Sequence record: MN018232.1
Length of the DNA stretch: 64,000 nt
Direction: 5' to 3' (one strand)
This document shows positions 57,601 to 64,000 of the stretch, piece by piece. The translations under genes were made by a program, and so were the position numbers. The notes below the pieces were generated by a model, which ran no database searches, was not told the origin of the DNA, and saw only the letters and a program-made list of their open reading frames with translations. Position 1 is the stretch's first letter, and the number at the start of each line of letters is the position of its first letter.

Positions 57601-60347
57601 TGTTCGGTTGCATATTGTACAATAGCACGAACTAAGTTATTGTCTGCATCTGAGAACTGTACAAGATCGCCTTGCTGTAGCAAAGTTGATGCATCAGCAC
57701 TAAAACTGGTAGATTCAATAAAGTTGGATCCCTGTGATCCAAAGAAAGTAAAGTCGGTAACTGATTTAATCTCAGAGAAACTCTGACTATCTACAACAAC
57801 GTCTGCACTGAAGACGTTTGAATTGCCAGAACCATACGAACAACCAATAGACTTGACACTCTGTGGTGTGTATGTTGTTACAGTATTTCTAAAGAGAACA
57901 GGAACTAGAGCAGCGCCTGAGTTTGGAGCAGCAGCACTCTCTGGATTCTTTACACTAACTGCTGGTGGTTGTGCAAATTCTGTTCTTACCGAATTTCTAT
58001 TGTTAATGGTTGCTTTATATACTCTTCCATCAGCGGTAGTTGACAGTTCAATCTTAGACGAATCGTACTCAACACCATTGATGAGAATGGTTGCTCCTTC
58101 TGCATATCCAAGACCTCTGTTTTGGACAATGAAGTGAGAGATAGTGTTTTCCTTGGCAATCTTTACAGTGTTGCCATCTTCATCTCTAATTGTTTCTCCA
58201 GACTGGAACCTACCAGATAGTGTTTTTACGAACAGAAGTTTGCCAGTTGTGTAAACGCCAGAGGGGGAACCTTCGACAACTCCATATGCTCCACTGTTAA
58301 TACCATAAACATACATACCACTATTGAATGAGCTTGTGCCACTTGGTACACTTTCTAGAACAATCTTGGTGAAGAATTGTGGATCAAAATAAGAGAATCC
58401 AAAGGTTGTGTTGTATGCAGGTGTTCCTTCAGATAGACGACCTCTTGAGAGGACAATATCAGAATCAGAATTAAAACCAGATCCTCTCTGTTGCAAGTAG
58501 AAGTTACTTGGTTTTGATTTTCCGATTACTGGAGTAATAGTCTCACTATAATCTACAATGTGTCCTAACTCGTTATTATCAAGGTTAGCATCAGATTCTG
58601 AAAGGAATAGTTTTCTGAGATATGACGAATCGCCATTGTCGTATTCTAAGAATAGCAATTCAATTTCATCTTTTTTACCAACAACGGTGAGTTCTAAGAA
58701 TTGAACAGCAGTTGATGGGTTGATTAGTGGTTTATTGACACTAGCAAATGCCAATGAAGTTACCGTACCAACAGAAGTTGGAGTGCCAACATCACTTCTA
58801 GATTTTACAAAGTAAAGTGTTCCAATCAGATTCTCGAAAGTTGAGTCTGTAATACTACCAAGTAGAACAGTTGTATTAGTCAACTGTAATGTAATAGTCT
58901 TGATTGCATCATCAGAATTAAAGATCTTGCCTCTTCTATTCAATGTCTGGCGATGATCTGTATCTAGTTCGGTATCATTTAAACCGACAGATCCATCATT
59001 GAATGTAGAATACAAGAATACATCTGGATATGCAGTAAGATCAGATCCTTCTTTGTTTAGAGGAACACTACCAAATACATTGGTAACACTGAATGTTGGA
59101 AGACCTCTGGTTTTAAGTGTGACGTTATCGCTACTTAGACTTTCTCTTGCTTTATTGATATCAAGATACTTGGTCTCTTTATTGACAATCTCATATCCTT
59201 TAATGTACGCTTTACCAGGACCTACACTAGCAACCATCTTTCTGGAAGCTTCTGATGCTGATAGTCCGTTATAAAGTCCAAACTCATCTACAGCATAGAT
59301 TCCTCTGTTGCCAGTTTTTTGTGCGTACTCTCTGACGTCAATAGAGAAATTATCTACAACATAGTCGCCACTTTCATCGAATGTTCTTCTTGCTAAGGTT
59401 TGCTCAAGCAAGTTGTAGTCTGATGGTGATACTTTTTTCTGTACAACTCCTCTGGATACAGTTAGCAACTGAATAAAGTTTTTATCCGTAATTGCATTGA
59501 GTCCAAACTCTTTCAATCCTAGACTAATTTTTAGTCTGTGTGCTCCAGGTGCTGTGTAGTTGGACGATCCAATAGCATTATCATACAAAGATGCATCTTC
59601 TTCTGGAGTTACAATCTCTTCGCTGATTGTAAAACCTACCTTTGCAGATGGTTTGTCATAGTATTCTTCAATAACAAGAAGTTCTGTGTCGTTTCTTACA
59701 AAATATCCATTAACAAAGTAAATTCCTTCTTCTACTTTTACAGCAGAACCATAACCCATTGCTGGACTTTCGAGAGAAACAATCTCACCAGTATCTGGGT
59801 TTTCTACTTGAATTGATGTTGGCAGAACACTTCCATCAGTTCCGACAACTAGTAGTGGAGTATTTACACCATCAACAACTTCTAGAGTTTCACCTTGTCT
59901 GAAAGTTGGTTCTGTGTTTGAGTTACCACTATTTAAATAATTGACAAAGATAGTATCTGCGGAGTTTTCTGTAGCTAGTTTTGTGGCAAGGATCGTTGCA
60001 GTAACACCCGAGGTCAAACCTCTCAGTTGTTGTCCAACTAAAAGCGTGATGTCGTACTTTTTATATACGATATCGTTGCCATCGTTAACAGCAACTTCTG
60101 AAACTGAAGATAACTTAACATAATCTAATTTTGTATTGAGACCGACTTCGCCAGGGATTACTAGTTCGCCTTGCTTAAAGGCATACTTGCCAAAAGTTTC
60201 AACCTGATTTTGTAAAATAGATTGAAGTTGTGTTAGTTCCCTTCCTTGAATGGAGTATCCAGGACGGAAAAGAATTTTATAGAAATTCTTACTCGCGTCA
60301 AAGTCCTCGTAATAAGGATTTACATTTAGGTTAGTCTTCTGAGGCAT
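54630..60347 (-). CDS. Large virion structural protein (DUF4815/VrlC-like), 3'-truncated
   Basis: MPQKTNLNVNPYYEDFD...ILFRPGYSIQGRELTQLQ, RYTMRDIGKLEKRIERLEYY, PLAQTF. Confidence 0.88.
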
Positions 60348-60381
60348 CGTACTCCGCCAAATACTAGTATCCAGTCTTTAG

Positions 60382-60425
60382 TATTTAGTAGAGATAAAAA
60401 AAATCCCCCCATCACTGGAGGGATT
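60382..60425 (-). terminator. Intrinsic terminator after gp8 followed by late-promoter variant
   Basis: AATCCCTCC/GGGGGGATT stem plus 8 T; CTAAATA at 60388-82. Confidence 0.72.
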
Positions 60426-60442
60426 AATAATTTGTATTGAAA

Positions 60443-62263
60443 TCAGAATTCAATAACAAGTTTGATGTCTTCGATTTGGTCGGGAGCGCGAGTGATTAGA
60501 CGGCGGTTCTCGACGTAGATAACATCACCAGAGTTATTTTCAATCTCAGGTGCTGCTAGACCAGAAGCAAATGTGGAACCTAGTAGAGTTCCTGCGTAAC
60601 CTGTATCTACATTACCAGATGCTGCAGACTGTTCGCCAGAGATTGCATTAGCACCGTTGCTTTCAAATGCTCTTACTACACCTTGATCAGTGTGTGCGTC
60701 ATTTGTTTGAATGTACTTAAGTACACCATCAGTTGTTGAACCACTGTCTAAAGTCCAAGAAACAACTGTACCATAAGCAGTTCCACCAGTTACAGTTTGC
60801 TGGATCTTTTCATCTGGGATGAAGTCTGCTGTTGCACCAGTTACTTTAACTGCTTTTAGACCCGATAGAGTATCTGAGGTTGCAAACGTGGTTGTTCCCC
60901 AGTTGTATGGATCTTTAATAATTCCGATTCTACGGAAGTCATTATCAACAGGGAAGTCGCCAGAACCTTCGGAATAAGTTAGACGAATATTCGTCATAAC
61001 ACGCTTAGCATTCAACTCAGTTTCGAAGTCTGATCCATGACCACCCTGAGGAGGAAGTACAACTTCAATAGCACCACTACCATCCCAAGTTCCTGGTGTT
61101 GAAACACCAGTGCTCAAACCAGGATCTGAGAAGAGGTTGCCATTTGAAAGAAGTACATTAGCGTAGGTGTAACCAGATCCACGAGACTCAATTTCAGCAG
61201 AAGTGATCTGACCATTACCATTTGTAGTAAACTTAACTACACCACCTGCACCATCACCCTTGATACCAGTGTAAAGAGTTTGAGTTGCTGGAAGATCTGC
61301 ACTTGTGGTGCCTGCATCTTCAATTAGTGCAACATCGATAGATCCAGCAACAGCAAGAGCTTCTACAGTCTGTCTTGAAGCGTTTGCTGGAAGAACGATG
61401 GGCATAAAGTCGGATGAGAGGAACTTTAGTACATCATCGGTTGGGATGGTGTACATATACTTCCAAATGTATCCTGCACCAGTGGTTTCCGTATAAAGAC
61501 CAGTAACTGCGTCATAGTTACCACCAGTTGTTAGTGGTTCTTCAGTTGCGTTTTGACCAGTTGCATTTGAAGGATCTTCGCCGTTATAGAGGCACTTGAA
61601 CACTTCATAGTTTGAATTCATAACATAGAACTTAGCATCAGAGATACTGGTAGCACCTGTTGCTGTTTGCTTTCCGATTTGACCACCGCCTCCAGGAGTA
61701 GCAGAGTAGTCAGGTTTCCACATGTCAAACTTGGGATTAGCAACTAGATCCCAGTTATAGCGACGAATTACGCTTCTAGCGAAAGAATCTGTAATTCTTT
61801 TTGCTGCAATGATCTCATCATATAGAGAAATCTTTTCTCTCTGGTTGTCTAGAGGAAGAGGTGGCACATCTTCGGTAGCGTATCTGTAAACGCCAGTGAC
61901 TGCTGTGGCACCAGTGTCAGAACCGCCAGAATAACCTTTGATTGTCGTACCAAGTGCTGGGGTTGAGTTAACACCGTTGCTGCCAAAAACGTCGGTTAGG
62001 AGGAGGGCACTATCATAAACAGCAGCAATCGTGGCGCGGAAAGTAGTAGTCGCATAGGTTCCGACATACACTTCATCACCTACAGAGAATGCCGTGGTGT
62101 TCTTGGAGTAAATCTCCAAGTATGCTTTCCAGGGTTGTGGACGACCCACGAAGAAATACATTCTGGATCGTTCGGCGCTAGTATCTGTAGCACCTTCAGT
62201 TAGCGATTCGAGGAATTGCTTCGCGTTAAAAATTCTAAACTTATCAGAGATAATAGCAGCCAT
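60443..62263 (-). CDS. gp8: Baseplate wedge subunit (T4 gp8-like)
   Basis: MAAIISDKFRIFNAKQF, IIAAKRI, VFKCLYN, GYIWKYMYTI, QIEDIKLVIEF. Confidence 0.9.
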   Translation of the reverse strand: MAAIISDKFRIFNAKQFLESLTEGATDTSAERSRMYFFVGRPQPWKAYLEIYSKNTTAFSVGDEVYVGTYATTTFRATIAAVYDSALLLTDVFGSNGVNSTPALGTTIKGYSGGSDTGATAVTGVYRYATEDVPPLPLDNQREKISLYDEIIAAKRITDSFARSVIRRYNWDLVANPKFDMWKPDYSATPGGGGQIGKQTATGATSISDAKFYVMNSNYEVFKCLYNGEDPSNATGQNATEEPLTTGGNYDAVTGLYTETTGAGYIWKYMYTIPTDDVLKFLSSDFMPIVLPANASRQTVEALAVAGSIDVALIEDAGTTSADLPATQTLYTGIKGDGAGGVVKFTTNGNGQITSAEIESRGSGYTYANVLLSNGNLFSDPGLSTGVSTPGTWDGSGAIEVVLPPQGGHGSDFETELNAKRVMTNIRLTYSEGSGDFPVDNDFRRIGIIKDPYNWGTTTFATSDTLSGLKAVKVTGATADFIPDEKIQQTVTGGTAYGTVVSWTLDSGSTTDGVLKYIQTNDAHTDQGVVRAFESNGANAISGEQSAASGNVDTGYAGTLLGSTFASGLAAPEIENNSGDVIYVENRRLITRAPDQIEDIKLVIEF

Positions 62264-62297
62264 TGGTTTTTCGTTCCGACGTAATTTGTGCCTGAGT

Positions 62298-62321
62298 TAT
62301 TTATATTTATGTGGTTATTTA
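62298..62321 (-). promoter_or_regulatory. Three tandem late-promoter cores upstream of gp8
   Basis: CTAAATA, CATAAATA, TATAAATA within 24 nt. Confidence 0.7.
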
Positions 62322-63998
62322 GGTTAAATCAAATGGGACTATTTCATCCGCAACGCTGATGTTCGAAGAACCCCTAATAACCGAGCATCCACCAAAACTA
62401 TTTGAAGTTTTGCTAGTGTACTCAATAACAGTTCCACCAGAAGTAAATAGATATCCACTTGATGGGAAATATGTTGTATCCTGAACAGTAAGAGAAGTTC
62501 CAATAGATCCTGTTACAAACGAGACAGTTACTGGATTTTGGATAGACGGATTAGTCAAATTAAAATATGAACCAGATAAAGTGTAACTGGATTTTGCCCT
62601 TTCTGTAAAATCTCTAATAGTCAGAGCAGGATAATGGAATTCCATCTCTAATAAAGTCATTGCAGAAACATTTGCGGTGCCATCATCAAAAATTGAATTA
62701 AAACTTCCAATTGTTGGACCAGCATTAGTTCTTTCATAATTACCAATATATTCGCCACTATCTCCAAACAAACTGTTTGTTACAAAAACTACATCGCCAT
62801 TTCTCTTAACAACTCCGTAAGAATCATCAAGATCAACAAAACCATTTAATCTAGTTAAAATTGGATCGGAAATATAAATAGACTCCTCATATCCATCAAC
62901 AGCACCAGATGGGGGTGGAATTCTCAATAATTCAGTAGTAGATTCTGATAGTGTATTAATAGGTGAAACAATTTGTCTTTTTGTTTCTCTTTCTGCAGTT
63001 CCTACTTCAATACCACCTTTAACACTTACAACACCAACTTCAGACTGAATTGTTGCAACGCCACCAAAGACACTGGATACTAGATCGGGTACTTGTCTAA
63101 TAAATGTTCCTGCTGTCCAGAATTGAGGTGTTGTATTATCTTGTCCTCTCTGAACCATGATGAAACGATCAGAGAGTTTGCGATAGTATCTTACAACCTC
63201 ATTACCAATCAACAGATAACCATTAGTTTTAAATTTAGCAGTATCTGGAATATAGACGATGGTATCTGTTGCATCCAAATCAATATCGAGGTAAGCACCA
63301 ACAGCATAGTAATTAACGTTAGATAGCGCGTCATTATGAATTAGATTTTCGAATGTAGTAGTAATTGCTCTACTTACTGTAGAAATAGAATTGACAGATA
63401 CAATATCTTGAACCTGTGCAGATAGTACAGTTGCATCATGGAATACATCAATTACAGGTACATCATCTAAATTAGCACTAGTTGTTGAACTAAATTCTCT
63501 GTCTGCAATTGACAGTTCAGTATTTTGTTCAACTAACTGAATTTCTGCAGTAATAACTCTATCACTATCAACTGGACTGTTGAAAAGAATAGAAGTAAAC
63601 GTATTAATACCAGAAACTTGATTTCCTAAAACACTAATGCTAGAAAATGCATTCATGCCAGTGGTTTCTAGGAATGGATTAATTCCTACATTAATTAGAG
63701 AAACGCCAATATCTCTTTCACTTAATACATCATATCTTCTAGAAACTACAACTTTTGGTGCTTCTGTATATCCAGATCCACCATCGATGAGATCTACACT
63801 GATAACCTGACCTTTACTAACAAGAACATTGGCAATTGCACCACCACCATTTCCATCTTGTGGAATGAAGTGAAGAACTGGTGGAGTATAATATTGATAA
63901 GCAGTTGGTTGAGTTAATGGATCATAACTACGCTGGTTCCACTCAAGATCTACAACTGCACCATTTTCAATCTTTGCAACAACACTAAGACCTTCACC
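62319..63998 (-). CDS. C-terminal part of a large virion/baseplate structural protein (starts beyond window end)
   Basis: Frame is open from 63998, 114 codons beyond the track start; LIDGGSGYTEAP module; lies upstream of gp8. Confidence 0.75.
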   Translation of the reverse strand, partial: GEGLSVVAKIENGAVVDLEWNQRSYDPLTQPTAYQYYTPPVLHFIPQDGNGGGAIANVLVSKGQVISVDLIDGGSGYTEAPKVVVSRRYDVLSERDIGVSLINVGINPFLETTGMNAFSSISVLGNQVSGINTFTSILFNSPVDSDRVITAEIQLVEQNTELSIADREFSSTTSANLDDVPVIDVFHDATVLSAQVQDIVSVNSISTVSRAITTTFENLIHNDALSNVNYYAVGAYLDIDLDATDTIVYIPDTAKFKTNGYLLIGNEVVRYYRKLSDRFIMVQRGQDNTTPQFWTAGTFIRQVPDLVSSVFGGVATIQSEVGVVSVKGGIEVGTAERETKRQIVSPINTLSESTTELLRIPPPSGAVDGYEESIYISDPILTRLNGFVDLDDSYGVVKRNGDVVFVTNSLFGDSGEYIGNYERTNAGPTIGSFNSIFDDGTANVSAMTLLEMEFHYPALTIRDFTERAKSSYTLSGSYFNLTNPSIQNPVTVSFVTGSIGTSLTVQDTTYFPSSGYLFTSGGTVIEYTSKTSNSFGGCSVIRGSSNISVADEIVPFDLT

Positions 63999-64000
63999 TC

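Overview
This window is DNA of a T4-like marine cyanomyophage (Kyanoviridae-like). The call rests on T4 core genes (nrdA/nrdB, gp61, gp43, gp44/62, gp45, regA, gp5, gp8), cyanophage accessory genes (talC, hsp20, speD, CobS-like AAA ATPase, 2OG-Fe(II) oxygenase), (T/A)ATAAATA late promoters and 7 tRNAs. It is not one continuous locus. Four breakpoints (~12405, ~28610, 42040/42041, ~54630) each cut genes on both sides, so it is most likely five contigs concatenated or mis-joined. Segment A (1-12.4 kb, minus) holds a tRNA/ncRNA array, a lysozyme, nrdBA, primase with a homing endonuclease, and a cytidylyltransferase. Segment B (12.4-28.6 kb, plus) holds baseplate hub and tail-fibre genes. Segment C (28.6-42.0 kb, plus) is a 17-gene glycan biosynthesis operon. 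Segment D (42.0-54.6 kb, minus) is the replisome operon. Segment E (54.6-64 kb, minus) holds baseplate/virion genes. The most interesting signals are the glycosylation operon with an internal late promoter, a ~190-nt structured RNA in the tRNA array, a ~55-nt promoter-to-terminator RNA with no ORF, a ROSE-like thermometer ahead of hsp20, a 9-bp box at fixed spacing upstream of four sigma70-type promoters, and two unannotated membrane micropeptides. All family assignments come from motif recognition, not database searches. No CRISPR, intron, intein or integrase was seen.
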